Shown in pieces: positions 1 to 9,712 of a DNA stretch of 64,000 bases. The position numbers and the translations under genes were made by a program. The notes below the pieces were generated by a model, which saw nothing but the letters and a program-made list of their open reading frames with translations, did no database searches and was not told where the DNA came from. The DNA comes from an uncultured cyanobacterium (lineage in GTDB: Bacteria > Cyanobacteriota > Cyanobacteriia > PCC-9006 > JAAUQQ01): the NCBI GenBank assembly GCA_963718615.1, contig OY970368.1:672001-736000 (forward strand), in the 5' to 3' direction. Within the stretch, counting starts at the first letter, position 1, and each line of letters opens with the position of its first letter.

Positions 1-186
1 GAGGGCGATCGCCTCTTTGAACCCTTCTTTCGGGCAGACAATGCGAAGAAAAAGCCCGGCTCGGGGTTGGGCTTGGCGATCGTCCAGACCTGTGTGACGC
101 TCCACGGGGGGGAGGTGGCGATCGAGAGTAGCCTAGGGCAAGGAACAACCGTTACGGTGAAGTTGCCGATGAATCCTGCTGTTTGA
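1..186 (+). CDS. Sensor histidine kinase, C-terminal HATPase_c end (partial, runs off window)
   Basis: Frame +1 reads EGDRLFEPFFRADNAKKKPGSGLGLAIVQTCVTLHGGEVAIESSLGQGTTVTVKLP..*, with F box and G2 box (GxGLGL). Confidence 0.9.
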   Translation, partial: EGDRLFEPFFRADNAKKKPGSGLGLAIVQTCVTLHGGEVAIESSLGQGTTVTVKLPMNPAV

Positions 187-529
187 GATAGCTGAGCAGC
201 CAGTTGGCGATCGTGGCGCGGCGGGTTTTGCGAGGAATCAATTCACCGATTTTGTAGCCTTGAAACCCTAGCTGTTCCTTGAGCAGTTGCTTGTGAGGTT
301 TGGGAATCGATCGCGTCAGCATTACCGTTGCCGGACGGCTTTCAATAAAATTCGGTGGCTCTGGATAAGCCTCTCGCCAATCCACCGCCACCGCTGCGTT
401 ATTCCAAGCTTCATGCTCCCAGCGATAGCCCAATGCCTGCCAAACCAACTGATTGGCGGTTTCGTCAGCCACCTCATCCTTGAGAATGGCCCAGACCGTT
501 TCCACAGAAATTTCAGGTAATGAGCTCAC
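152..529 (-). CDS. Conserved cyanobacterial protein (DUF1823-like)
   Basis: 125 aa with PPNFIESRPATVMLTRSIP and RKTRRATIANWLL motifs, recognised from memory. Confidence 0.7.
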   Translation of the reverse strand: MSSLPEISVETVWAILKDEVADETANQLVWQALGYRWEHEAWNNAAVAVDWREAYPEPPNFIESRPATVMLTRSIPKPHKQLLKEQLGFQGYKIGELIPRKTRRATIANWLLSYLKQQDSSATSP

Positions 530-546
530 GGAATTACGGACCTCGC

Positions 547-897
547 TTAGCTGCCGACGAGGGGAAGTCGGTTGCCACGAACCGGGGTAACCCGATAGGG
601 TTCGGAATCAGGACCGTAGGCGATGGGCAGAACCGCTTCGACGTTTTCGTGGGGACGGGGAATAATCACCCAGGTTTCGAGGGTGCCACCGGGGGTATTT
701 TTGGCGGCTTCTTTACCCGCTTCCATGGCCGTTTTGACCTCAGAAACATCGCCCCGAATCGTCACCGTAAACCGCGCACTTCCCGCTCGCAAATACCCCA
801 CAAGCGTCACCCGACCAGCTTTGACCATGGCATCGGCTGCTGCGAGTACCGGCGGAAAGCCTTTCGTTTCAAGGGAACCAACGGCCTCTAATGACAT
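547..897 (-). CDS. ccmK4: Carboxysome shell protein CcmK4
   Basis: BMC domain AVGSLETKGFPPVLAAADAMVKAGRV...WVIIPRPHENV; GSARF pore motif; follows ccmK3. Confidence 0.9.
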   Translation of the reverse strand: MSLEAVGSLETKGFPPVLAAADAMVKAGRVTLVGYLRAGSARFTVTIRGDVSEVKTAMEAGKEAAKNTPGGTLETWVIIPRPHENVEAVLPIAYGPDSEPYRVTPVRGNRLPLVGS

Positions 898-987
898 TGC
901 AAACTCCTAACGGGTGACCAGTGAAAAAAATCTATACCAATCCAAGACCCTATTCTAGGACAAACTGGGTCGCTCCCTCGGCGGTCC

Positions 988-1326
988 TTAAGATGCAGGT
1001 TCAGAGCCAGGGGGAAAATGGCTGCGGAAGGGCTCGGAGGCCGCACTGTAGCCGATGCCCAGCAAATCCACAACGTTGTCTGTGGGGTTGGGCACGATGT
1101 AATAGTTGACGACGATCTCGGCTTTGACGGCTTCGGCGGCTTTGATGCCCGCTGGCATGGCCAGTTGTACTTCGGAGTTAGGGCCTCGGATGACCAAATA
1201 AAAGTTGGCACGTTCGGCGAGGTCAAACTGGACCAGCGTGACCCGCGCAGCTTTGAGCATGGCATCGGCGGCGGCGAGGGTTCCGGGAAACCCGTCGATT
1301 TGGATCATTCCAACGGCTTCGGACAT
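988..1326 (-). CDS. ccmK3: Carboxysome shell protein CcmK3
   Basis: BMC domain AVGMIQIDGFPGTLAAADAMLKAARV...YIVPNP; tandem with ccmK4. Confidence 0.88.
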   Translation of the reverse strand: MSEAVGMIQIDGFPGTLAAADAMLKAARVTLVQFDLAERANFYLVIRGPNSEVQLAMPAGIKAAEAVKAEIVVNYYIVPNPTDNVVDLLGIGYSAASEPFRSHFPPGSEPAS

Positions 1327-1434
1327 GGATGTGGGGTTGAGCGTGGGATTGGGGTGGCGATCGCATTAAACGATCGAAGTCAATTGTAAATTGCGGCGGT
1401 GACCTTGCTCACGGGGCGATTCTGTAGATGACCC

Positions 1435-1752
1435 TCACCCTTTGTTCTCATCGGAGCGATTTTTATTTTTTTGAGACAAGAGGGCCTGCGTCAATGTCCC
1501 GCCCCCGCCTCCTAGCAAGCCTAAGGCTCCGCCAAACAAAGTGCTCGGCAGGTTGGTGTGTCGATTTTTCTCGGATTGCTCGCGCAACTCATATTCCTTA
1601 TCGACAACTTTATTGACAAGGGCGAGGATTTCTGTAGACTCTGCCCCTTCCGTTGCGGCTAAAACCTGAGCCAATAAACTCGGAGGGGTAGTGTTTGAGG
1701 GCAGTTGAATAATGGCAGAGGATGGAGAGATTTCTTCCGGTTGAGGGGTCAT
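1435..1752 (-). CDS. Hypothetical protein with Gly-rich hydrophobic C-terminal segment
   Basis: 105-aa ORF starting 3 bp after the upstream stop; LFGGALGLLGGGGG segment. Confidence 0.55.
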   Translation of the reverse strand: MTPQPEEISPSSAIIQLPSNTTPPSLLAQVLAATEGAESTEILALVNKVVDKEYELREQSEKNRHTNLPSTLFGGALGLLGGGGGTLTQALLSQKNKNRSDENKG

Positions 1753-1755
1753 TGG

Positions 1756-2358
1756 TTAGAGGGTCTGAAAGGCTTGGTCAAGAATTTGAGTGGCGAGATA
1801 CGCGGCGTGATTGAGGGCGTAGTTCTGATCTCGACAAATCATGATGTAGGCATCTGCTTCGCCGGGTTGCCGAGGTGCGGGGGAGACGACCCACTGAGGA
1901 TTTAACCGCTTGAGCTCAGCGATGTAGGTTTGGAAGTATTCGCGATCGCCCTGGGAGGAATTCGCTGGAAGGACAAAGCGCTGGATCTGAGGCGGAGAGG
2001 GAGCGCCTTGGGCCTTCGTCTCTGCTTGAGGGGGAATGTCTAGGGGGTTAACTTCTGGAGGGTCAATCTGAGGAGGGCGATCGCGAACAAGCGGATCTTC
2101 CAGAATAGTGGTGGCGCGATATAGGCGTTTGTTACGTTGAGCGTCTTGGTTTTGAATCGCTAGCCGTTCGGCTTGGTAGAAGGCTTCAAAGGTTTTGTCT
2201 TGCTCGGAGAGTTCGTCGAGTTCGTGGATGTGGCTTTCGAGGTCTGGGGCGATCGCCATGATTGCTTCTGGCAACTCAATCCCCCTTGCCGAGCAGGCTG
2301 CCAAGGCGGCTCGGAAGGCAGCTAGATCGATGGCTTGTAGATTACGAGGGGGGGTCAT
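1756..2358 (-). CDS. Hypothetical protein
   Basis: 200-aa ORF whose ATG overlaps the stop of the CHAT remnant (ATGA). Confidence 0.7.
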   Translation of the reverse strand: MTPPRNLQAIDLAAFRAALAACSARGIELPEAIMAIAPDLESHIHELDELSEQDKTFEAFYQAERLAIQNQDAQRNKRLYRATTILEDPLVRDRPPQIDPPEVNPLDIPPQAETKAQGAPSPPQIQRFVLPANSSQGDREYFQTYIAELKRLNPQWVVSPAPRQPGEADAYIMICRDQNYALNHAAYLATQILDQAFQTL

Positions 2359-2930
2359 GGGTTCCCGGTCAGAATGAAGGCTGCCCAGTAATAAGGGTGA
2401 TTATAGGGGCGATCGCTCTCTTCCATTGTACTCAGTTGAAGCAGCTGGGTCTTCAGAAAACTCCGTAGGGCTTTGAGGTTGGGATCTTCTTTCCAGGTGG
2501 TGTAGAGCGCGCGGAGGTCTTGAACGGTGAGGTGAGGGAGCCAGGTTTGAGCCCCACGGTAGGCAAGGGGGACGGAAAGACCATTGCTAAGTTGGTGATA
2601 GAACTGGTAAGCAAATAAAGCACTGGCAGCGGATTCGACGGTCCAGATTGTGCTGAGGACGTGGGGAATGCCTTGGGCGAGGAGGGCGCTGGTGAGGCCG
2701 ACGTATTCGGCGGTGATGGTTTGGTTGCCGGTCAGGGCGGTTTGGGGAGTGGGTGGGGTGATGGGGTGGGAGGGAATGGGGTGGTTGGGGCTGTGGTGCC
2801 AGTGGAGGATAGCTTGGTGGGGTGGGAGTTGCTGGTAAATCTGTTGGAGTTGTTCGGGGGTGAGGCTGAGGCTGGGGGCTTGGGCTTCGGCGAGCAGCTA
2901 GGTAAGGATCCAAGGGTGACGGCAACGGCT
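2355..2930 (-). pseudogene. CHAT (caspase-like) domain protein remnant, internally deleted
   Basis: Not in the ORF track. Manual translation: ..QQLPPHQAILHWHHSP..QTALTGNQTITAEYVGLTSALLAQGIPHVLSTIWTVESAASALFAYQFY..YNHPYYWAAFILTGNP*; in-frame TAG near 2899; 5' boundary approximate. Confidence 0.8.
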
Positions 2931-3044
2931 AACCCGGCCTGGATGCGTTGGGGTGCAGGAAGGAAATGCCAATTTTTGTGATGAAATCGTTGAAAGGTCA
3001 TTGATCTTATAAAAGTTAGTAAAATTTCAAGATGCTATTTCGTA

Positions 3045-4103
3045 TTATTGTTTGGGTAGATTTTCCTGTAAAAACCGAGTCATCCGAGCTTCACAAAGGT
3101 CCAACAAAGCCTGGGTTATAGAATGGCGTTGAGCAATTTGGGTACTGATTGAGATATGTCTGGCTAGGGTGAGCAATGAATACGCTTGAATTGCAATTCG
3201 ATTTCCATGGGGAGAGATAGTCAAAAATCGTTTTGCGATCGCGGTTTCATAGTCTTGAAAATAGGTTACTTGCCCAAAGCACCGTAACCCCAGCTCCATT
3301 AAATGTCCGATAAAATTACCAATGTCTAAATTTGGATTTCCGCGACAGTAGAGATCTAAATCAAGCAGATAGAACTGGTCGCCCTGCACTAAAACTTGAT
3401 CGGGATAATAATCCCGATGAATACCCACTAAGGGTTGGCAGGGAATCAGAGTAGCGATCTCTTCGCAGCGGCCTATGAGCTGCTGGAGACGCTCATGCCA
3501 GGAAGGATAGAGTTGAGTGACCCGCCCTAAGCGATCGCGCAAAAGGGCGAGCTCATCGTCTAGGGTATGGCAACGAGAAGTTTCTAGATTCGTTTGATGG
3601 AGTTTGTGAACAACATCTGCCATGTGGCTCATCGTTTCCAGGGGTAGAACACCAGACGTTGATAACAGCCGCTGGGTCATCGGAGTGCCGGGAACCTCCG
3701 TTTGCAACCACATCTTCCATGGGGGAATTGCACCCAGAGTTTTGGGCACAGCAATCTGATCTTCGGATTGGGGGTTAAAACCGACTTCAAATAAATGACG
3801 TTGAAGATGATAGGTTGTCTTGTCAAAGCCTTTGGCTCGTACCTTGCCTAAGACTCGGATGGGGGTGAGGCGATCGCCATTCCTCCGCTCTAGACCATAG
3901 GCAATCAGACAGCGCCGTCCAAGCTTATGACGCAGGACTTGAATTTGGCTTAATTCTAAATCGGGTTTGGTTTCAGAAGATATCTCAAGGCAATCCAGTA
4001 AGATATTTCTCGCGACTTCTGGAGAGAAGGCCGGGGCTAAAAACGTCAGACTTGTGTCATCTAAGACCGTCTTTGGATCAATGGTGATTTTGGGGCTTAA
4101 CAT
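3045..4103 (-). CDS. Aminoglycoside-phosphotransferase (APH/kinase-like) family protein
   Basis: IHRDYYPDQV and LLDLD kinase-like motifs; start chosen at the ATG adjacent to the upstream stop. Confidence 0.85.
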   Translation of the reverse strand: MLSPKITIDPKTVLDDTSLTFLAPAFSPEVARNILLDCLEISSETKPDLELSQIQVLRHKLGRRCLIAYGLERRNGDRLTPIRVLGKVRAKGFDKTTYHLQRHLFEVGFNPQSEDQIAVPKTLGAIPPWKMWLQTEVPGTPMTQRLLSTSGVLPLETMSHMADVVHKLHQTNLETSRCHTLDDELALLRDRLGRVTQLYPSWHERLQQLIGRCEEIATLIPCQPLVGIHRDYYPDQVLVQGDQFYLLDLDLYCRGNPNLDIGNFIGHLMELGLRCFGQVTYFQDYETAIAKRFLTISPHGNRIAIQAYSLLTLARHISISTQIAQRHSITQALLDLCEARMTRFLQENLPKQ

Positions 4104-5435
4104 GTTTGTTCTACCCATCTGTTTCCAGCCTTTTCCGGGATAGACTGGAGGATTTTTCGGATCCGAGTCAAGACCCTTGGAATGCGTTGGGGCCAATCGG
4201 AATAACGATATCGAAAGGGTTCTGGCGTGAGTAAAAATAGCCCAAAGGCGGTGTAGATCTTGAGGGCCTCTCGGGGAATCTGGTAACCAATACTTTCATA
4301 TCCGGTTAACAATGATGATTCTAACAACCGCACTTGCTCGAAGGATCGTTCCTCCCAGAAGGGCTTGACGCTCAAGATGGGCGATGAAATTGCCAATATC
4401 CTGAGCGGGATGCCCTAGGGCTGCTCTATCCAGATCAATAATGGCAATGCGGTCGTCGCGCCACAGCACTTGATCCGCATAAAAATCCCCATGAATGGCG
4501 GTGGTTAGGGACGGAAGCTGCATCAATCGTTGACTCAGGATTTGGGCGACTTCAACGGCCTCCAAGCGCCACGATGGGAGCAAAAAGCCAATCCAATCCG
4601 CCAGTTGCAACAGCGTCTGACGTTGATGCGTTAGATTCAGGTGTTTCAAGTGACTCGGCCCTTGTCGATGGAGCTGGGCGAGGGCCACGCCAACGCGGCT
4701 CAAATCATCGTGGCTAAAACCTGGATCTGACATCCAGTCTGGCAGGGGAACTCCCGATAACCAGTCCCACGCCAAGAGGTGATATTTGTCTCGTTTGCCG
4801 ATGAGGGGCGCGATCGCCAACTCCGGTTGCGACTGGAAGCCATTGGCATGACGCCAGGCTTTCTCATAGTTTGGAGCCGTATAAGCCTTGATCAGAGCTT
4901 GGGGGGTATCTTGACAACACCATTGCGCCACCAAGCGTCGTTCAGGTTTATAGCGCAACAGCCTCAATTGTCCTGTATTAGAGATTCTTTTGGCCGGCAA
5001 GAGCTTTGCTATCGTAGGGGCTTGGTGATGGGGCTCTAAAAGCTTGATTAAGGATTTCAGCTTCGCATCATTGGGGAGAACAGAGAGTTTGACCGATGCT
5101 TCGAGCCAAATCCATCGTCCTATGCCCAACACTTGAGACATTCCGGGTCTTTGTTGCCATTTTTGCAACTTTGCATCGTCATCCATACGAAAAGCTTTGG
5201 CATAAAGCCAAAGGGATTGCCAAGGCCCCTGGGCCTTGCTCACTTGGGCCTCCAGCGCCACCAAACAGTTCGTTTGAGGTTTATAGCGTATGTAACGACT
5301 GTGGAGCGATCGCCATTGCAGCTGCGGCCAGGTGAGTTGCAAATACTCCAAGAGAGCCGCGTCATCAAGGAGTACCCGTAATCCGGGTAGAAATGGCTCA
5401 CGTTGAATCAAATTTTTGTCAGCAGTAAGAAGCAT
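4097..5435 (-). pseudogene. APH-family phosphotransferase with a frameshift near 4350
   Basis: IHGDFYADQV/IIDLD motifs in ORF 4296..5459; the likely natural C-terminus (..SLLTGYE..PEPFRYRYSDWP..) lies in ORF 4097..4396 in another frame. Confidence 0.75.
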
Positions 5436-7278
5436 CAGACACCTCATCGGATTCCGCATTCATGAATTGCCGCGTCGCGGACTGAAGCTGATATAAAGCC
5501 CCATAGCGACCGTTGAGTTCCATCAGCTGACGATGGGACCCTTGCTCTAAAATTTGGCCTTGCTCAAGATAAATAATGTGATCCGCTCTGGAGGCCAGCT
5601 TTAAATCATGGGCGACCATCAAAGTCGTTTTATGTTGGGCGAGGCGCTGCAATGCTTCCACGACCTCCGCTTCATTTTTTGGGTCGAGTCCTGTGGTGGG
5701 TTCGTCCAAGATTAATATGGGGGCATTGCGAACGGCGGCGCGAGCAATGGCCAATCGTTGCCGTTGACCGCCGGAGAGGGTAGATCCCTGTTCACCCAAG
5801 ATTGTATCGTAGCCGTTGGGTAAGTTTTGGGTGATGAAGTCATGGGCATTGGCTAACTTGGCGGCAGCAATAATCTGTTCATTGCTGGCATCACTCTTTC
5901 CGTAGGCAATGTTTTCCCACACGGTTGCGGCAAATAGCAGGTTTTCTTGTAAGACGATACTAAACTGCGATCGCAGCGAAGCCAGGGTAAAGTTTCGGAT
6001 ATCTTGAGAATCTAGGCGAATACAACCTTCAACCGGATCATATAGGCGTAAGAGAAGACCGATTAACGTCGATTTTCCGCTTCCAGATGGCCCGACCAAC
6101 GCCACGGTTTGACCGGCGTGAATGGTCAGTTGAATTTTTTTAAGCACGGGACAATGGGAATTGTAGGCGAAACTCACATCGTCAAACCGAATCACCCCTT
6201 CAAGGGCTGTGATGGCAAGGGCTTCGGGAGAATCAACCACGTCCGAAGATTGGTTAAACAGATGTAAGATTCGCTCCCCAGCCGCTGTTCCTTTCGCCAA
6301 CCGTCCTACATATTTAGCAAAATCCCGCACCGGTCGAAAGGCATTTTTAAGATAGGACAAAAACACCAAAAGATCCCCCGGCGTCAGACTCTGATCTAAA
6401 ACAAGCTGGGTACCCCGACCGAGGACCAGGGCCGTTGCGATCGCAATCAACAAATCGACCGTCCGTTCCAACCTCGCGGCTAGGCGTTTAGCCTTGACCC
6501 CATCTTTCAGGCTACGACGACTTTGGCTAGAGAATGTTTGGGAAAATTGATCTTCTAGGGATAAAGTTTGCACCACCTTAATGGCATTCATAGATTCTGC
6601 CGCCGTTGAAGCCATCACGCTTTCCCGTTGCCGTTGGGAGCGAGAAACCGACTGAATTTTGCGGCTGAGCCGCTGGGTCACCAGTCCAAACAAGGGAAGA
6701 GTTGCCATGGCAATTAACATCAGCTCAGCATTAAGCCAAAGCATGAGGGCAACCATACCGACCAAAATTAAGCTGTTGGCCATCAGGGGAAGAAATGCCG
6801 TCACGACAATATCTTGCAAAAGACCGACATCACTAATCACCCGGATGGTGAGATCCCCTTTCCTCGCCTTGTCATGGAAGGATAGGGAGAGCCGCTGAAG
6901 GTGGTCATAGAGATCATTCCTTACACGGGTTAAGACGCGATTCCCCACTAAGGCAAAGCCAACGGTATTGAGATAGGCGGCAAAGGCCCGGAGCCCTGTG
7001 ATCCCAATTAGGGCGATCGCAGCGAGTCCCAACAGTGTCATCGGTTCTAGCTCGGCCAAGACTAAAGGGATGCCCGCTAGGCCATCTTCCGGATCAATCA
7101 CCCCGTCAAAAATAAACTTGAGCGGCCAAGGCTCCATGAGGCGAAACCCAACCTCAGCCAACAAGGCTACAAAAGAGGCGATTAATAAGGGTTTTTCCGT
7201 TTGGGCGTAGGGCCAAAAGGCTCGTAAGACCTGCCAGAAACCGGGAAAAATTTCTTGGAGTTTTTGGGGACGCCCCAT
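5419..7278 (-). CDS. ABC transporter, fused permease/ATPase (MsbA-like exporter)
   Basis: TM domain, Walker A GPSGSGKS, LSGGQ signature, Walker B ILILDE; TAATG coupling to upstream gene. Confidence 0.93.
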   Translation of the reverse strand: MGRPQKLQEIFPGFWQVLRAFWPYAQTEKPLLIASFVALLAEVGFRLMEPWPLKFIFDGVIDPEDGLAGIPLVLAELEPMTLLGLAAIALIGITGLRAFAAYLNTVGFALVGNRVLTRVRNDLYDHLQRLSLSFHDKARKGDLTIRVISDVGLLQDIVVTAFLPLMANSLILVGMVALMLWLNAELMLIAMATLPLFGLVTQRLSRKIQSVSRSQRQRESVMASTAAESMNAIKVVQTLSLEDQFSQTFSSQSRRSLKDGVKAKRLAARLERTVDLLIAIATALVLGRGTQLVLDQSLTPGDLLVFLSYLKNAFRPVRDFAKYVGRLAKGTAAGERILHLFNQSSDVVDSPEALAITALEGVIRFDDVSFAYNSHCPVLKKIQLTIHAGQTVALVGPSGSGKSTLIGLLLRLYDPVEGCIRLDSQDIRNFTLASLRSQFSIVLQENLLFAATVWENIAYGKSDASNEQIIAAAKLANAHDFITQNLPNGYDTILGEQGSTLSGGQRQRLAIARAAVRNAPILILDEPTTGLDPKNEAEVVEALQRLAQHKTTLMVAHDLKLASRADHIIYLEQGQILEQGSHRQLMELNGRYGALYQLQSATRQFMNAESDEVSDASYC

Positions 7279-8474
7279 TACGAAACCTCCCTTGTCTGGG
7301 GAGTCGCTCGATGGGGGTAAGCCAAATCTAAAATTTGGCTCACAATCGCGCCCCAACTATGGTTTGCGAGCACCTGCTTGCGTGCCGTTTCTCCCAGTTG
7401 CGATCGCAAACTTGGTACCTGCAACAGCTGCTTTAAAGCCTCTGCCAAAGCTGAGACATCACCAGGGGGATAGAGGATTCCATTTTCCCCATGGTGCAGG
7501 AGTTGAGCCAATTGTCCTGTCTCACTGGCAACTACAGGCAATCCCGCTGCCATCGATTCATAGACCTTTAAAGGGGAGAAGTAGCAGGGCGCTTGGGCGG
7601 CATAGGGGGCAACCGCGACATCCATAGAGGCTAAATAAGCCGGAATTTGATCCGGGGGAACTAAACCCGGCATGACCACCGCTTCGGCAGAGGTTTGGGC
7701 GATCGCTTCGGCCTCAATGACCGCCCGATTGGGACCGTCTCCGACCATTAACAGCCGCGCTTGGAGATGACTCTGGTAGAGCAAACGAAACGCTTGCACC
7801 AGGGTTTGGAGATCATGCCAAGGCTTCATCGTGCCGACAAATCCCACTACAAATTCGTTAGCTTGTTTGGGGCGTAATGGCGCTAAATCGGATGGATAGC
7901 GTTCAGGGTGGACACCGTTGGCAATCACATATATCTTGTCAGGATCAATGTCGAACTGCTGTAAGTAGTGAGCAATCTCTTCGGACACGGCAATGATTAC
8001 AGAGCTGGCGGCTAATGTTCTTGCGCTCATTTGCTCAGCCCCTAGCCGATTCACCAGTCCCCGATGGGTAGATTGTTCGTCCATCAACGGCGCATTCACC
8101 TCTAGCACGGCGGGAATCTGCGACCATTGCGCATATTCCATACCTGTACAGCTCCAAAGGGAATAGCGTTCATAAACCAGGTCAAATGGCCCGCAATGGT
8201 CTAGGGCCTGTCTCAGGTCTTCGTTTGCCGAAATCGCAGCAAGTTCACGCTCCGCAATCATCTCAAGCGTTTTACCCTTCGGGAGATGGGGTAATTGATG
8301 CATTCGAATATCTTTGAGACTGTTGAGGGGAGGCCCACCCAGACGGGATGCAAATAGCTCGACCTCATGTCCCTGCTGCAAGAAAGTTTGGAGCACAGAT
8401 TGGACATGAATGGAGCATCCCTTATGACCAAAGACGGGCACCCCTGGATCTGCACATATATAGGCAATTTTCAT
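7278..8474 (-). CDS. Glycosyltransferase family 4
   Basis: MKIAYICADPG start, VGFVGTMKPWH, SPLKVYESMAAGLPVV. Confidence 0.92.
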   Translation of the reverse strand: MKIAYICADPGVPVFGHKGCSIHVQSVLQTFLQQGHEVELFASRLGGPPLNSLKDIRMHQLPHLPKGKTLEMIAERELAAISANEDLRQALDHCGPFDLVYERYSLWSCTGMEYAQWSQIPAVLEVNAPLMDEQSTHRGLVNRLGAEQMSARTLAASSVIIAVSEEIAHYLQQFDIDPDKIYVIANGVHPERYPSDLAPLRPKQANEFVVGFVGTMKPWHDLQTLVQAFRLLYQSHLQARLLMVGDGPNRAVIEAEAIAQTSAEAVVMPGLVPPDQIPAYLASMDVAVAPYAAQAPCYFSPLKVYESMAAGLPVVASETGQLAQLLHHGENGILYPPGDVSALAEALKQLLQVPSLRSQLGETARKQVLANHSWGAIVSQILDLAYPHRATPQTREVS

Positions 8475-9712
8475 CTTTTGACCTCCATCTTTGCTGGAGA
8501 TTTTGCGACTGAGGTTTCCCAGCCTAACAACTGCCGTTGTTTCAACGTATTGCAATGAATATCAAACTCATGCTCGATCAGCAACCGAGCATTCTGGGCA
8601 AGTGTAATGCCCAGGGATTCGTTGCCTAAGAGTCGTTCTAAAGCATCGGCTAGTTCTGTTGGGTTCCCTGGGGACACGAGCAAACCCGTTTGATGATCGC
8701 GAATCAGTTCTGGAATTCCGGTCACATCCGTTGACACACAGGGGGTCCCTAACGCCATTGCTTCTAGTAAGACTGTGGGGAGGCCATCTCGATTGCCATC
8801 TTGGCCCAAAATACAGGGAGCGGCAAACACAGCAGCCCCTTGAATGAGTTGCCGGAGTTGGGCTTGGGGGCGGGGGCCTGCTAACCGCACATGAGTCTCA
8901 AGCTGGAGAAGGGCAATTTGCGATCGCAACGCTGCTTCTAGCTCTCCGATCCCAATAATTTGGCAATCAAAGTCAATGCCTCTTTGTTTAAGCCGCTGAC
9001 AAGCTGAAATTAAATCAGCAAATCCCTTTTTCTCAACGAGACGACCGACGGCCACAATCCGGGGAGGGCGATTTTGCGGCATTAGAAAGGGAAAGCGGTC
9101 TAAATCTAAACCGTTATAGATTCGGTGAACCTGTTGAGCGGCATCACCGTAGGTCCCCTGAAGAAATTTAAGATTGAAATCACTCACGGTGATGGTGGCT
9201 CGCGCATCGGCAAGCTTCGCCGTTAGGTCTTGGGGATTGACCGATTCATGGAAAATATCCTTGGCATGGGCGGTGAAACTATAGGGTATCCCCGTAAAGA
9301 AACTCACAAGCCTTGCCACACCGGAGGCGGAGGTTGCAAAATGAGCATGCAAATGGGTAATTCGACGCTCATAAACCTGACGGGCTATCTGTAAGGCCTG
9401 ATAAATCTCACGCGAGTCTTGCCCTTTGGCTAATGCAAGCTTTGACCAAATATCCGGATAAACTTGGCTGGCTGATTCCAAGGCTTGCCAAAAATCAGCA
9501 ACCTTCGGACTGGATGCTAAACAATAGGTCACAGAGGCTTGAACTTGAGCCAGCAGATCTTGAAAATGACTATCAATCGTTGGGCGTAGCGCAAAGATTT
9601 CAATGGCGAGACCTGTAGCTTCATGGGCCAAAATTTCATTGACGACAAAGGTTTCCGAATAGCGAGGATAACGCTTCAGAATATAGGCAACCCGAGGTTT
9701 TATTTCAGACAT
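8471..9712 (-). CDS. Glycosyltransferase family 4 (WcaL-like)
   Basis: YPRYSETFV, HLHAHF, GRLVEKKG, DGLPTVLLEAMA. Confidence 0.92.
   Translation of the reverse strand: MSEIKPRVAYILKRYPRYSETFVVNEILAHEATGLAIEIFALRPTIDSHFQDLLAQVQASVTYCLASSPKVADFWQALESASQVYPDIWSKLALAKGQDSREIYQALQIARQVYERRITHLHAHFATSASGVARLVSFFTGIPYSFTAHAKDIFHESVNPQDLTAKLADARATITVSDFNLKFLQGTYGDAAQQVHRIYNGLDLDRFPFLMPQNRPPRIVAVGRLVEKKGFADLISACQRLKQRGIDFDCQIIGIGELEAALRSQIALLQLETHVRLAGPRPQAQLRQLIQGAAVFAAPCILGQDGNRDGLPTVLLEAMALGTPCVSTDVTGIPELIRDHQTGLLVSPGNPTELADALERLLGNESLGITLAQNARLLIEHEFDIHCNTLKQRQLLGWETSVAKSPAKMEVKR

Noticed and set aside
2587-3001. Pro-rich and Gly-rich ORFs in the ORF track
   Set aside because: Shadow frames of the skewed CHAT remnant
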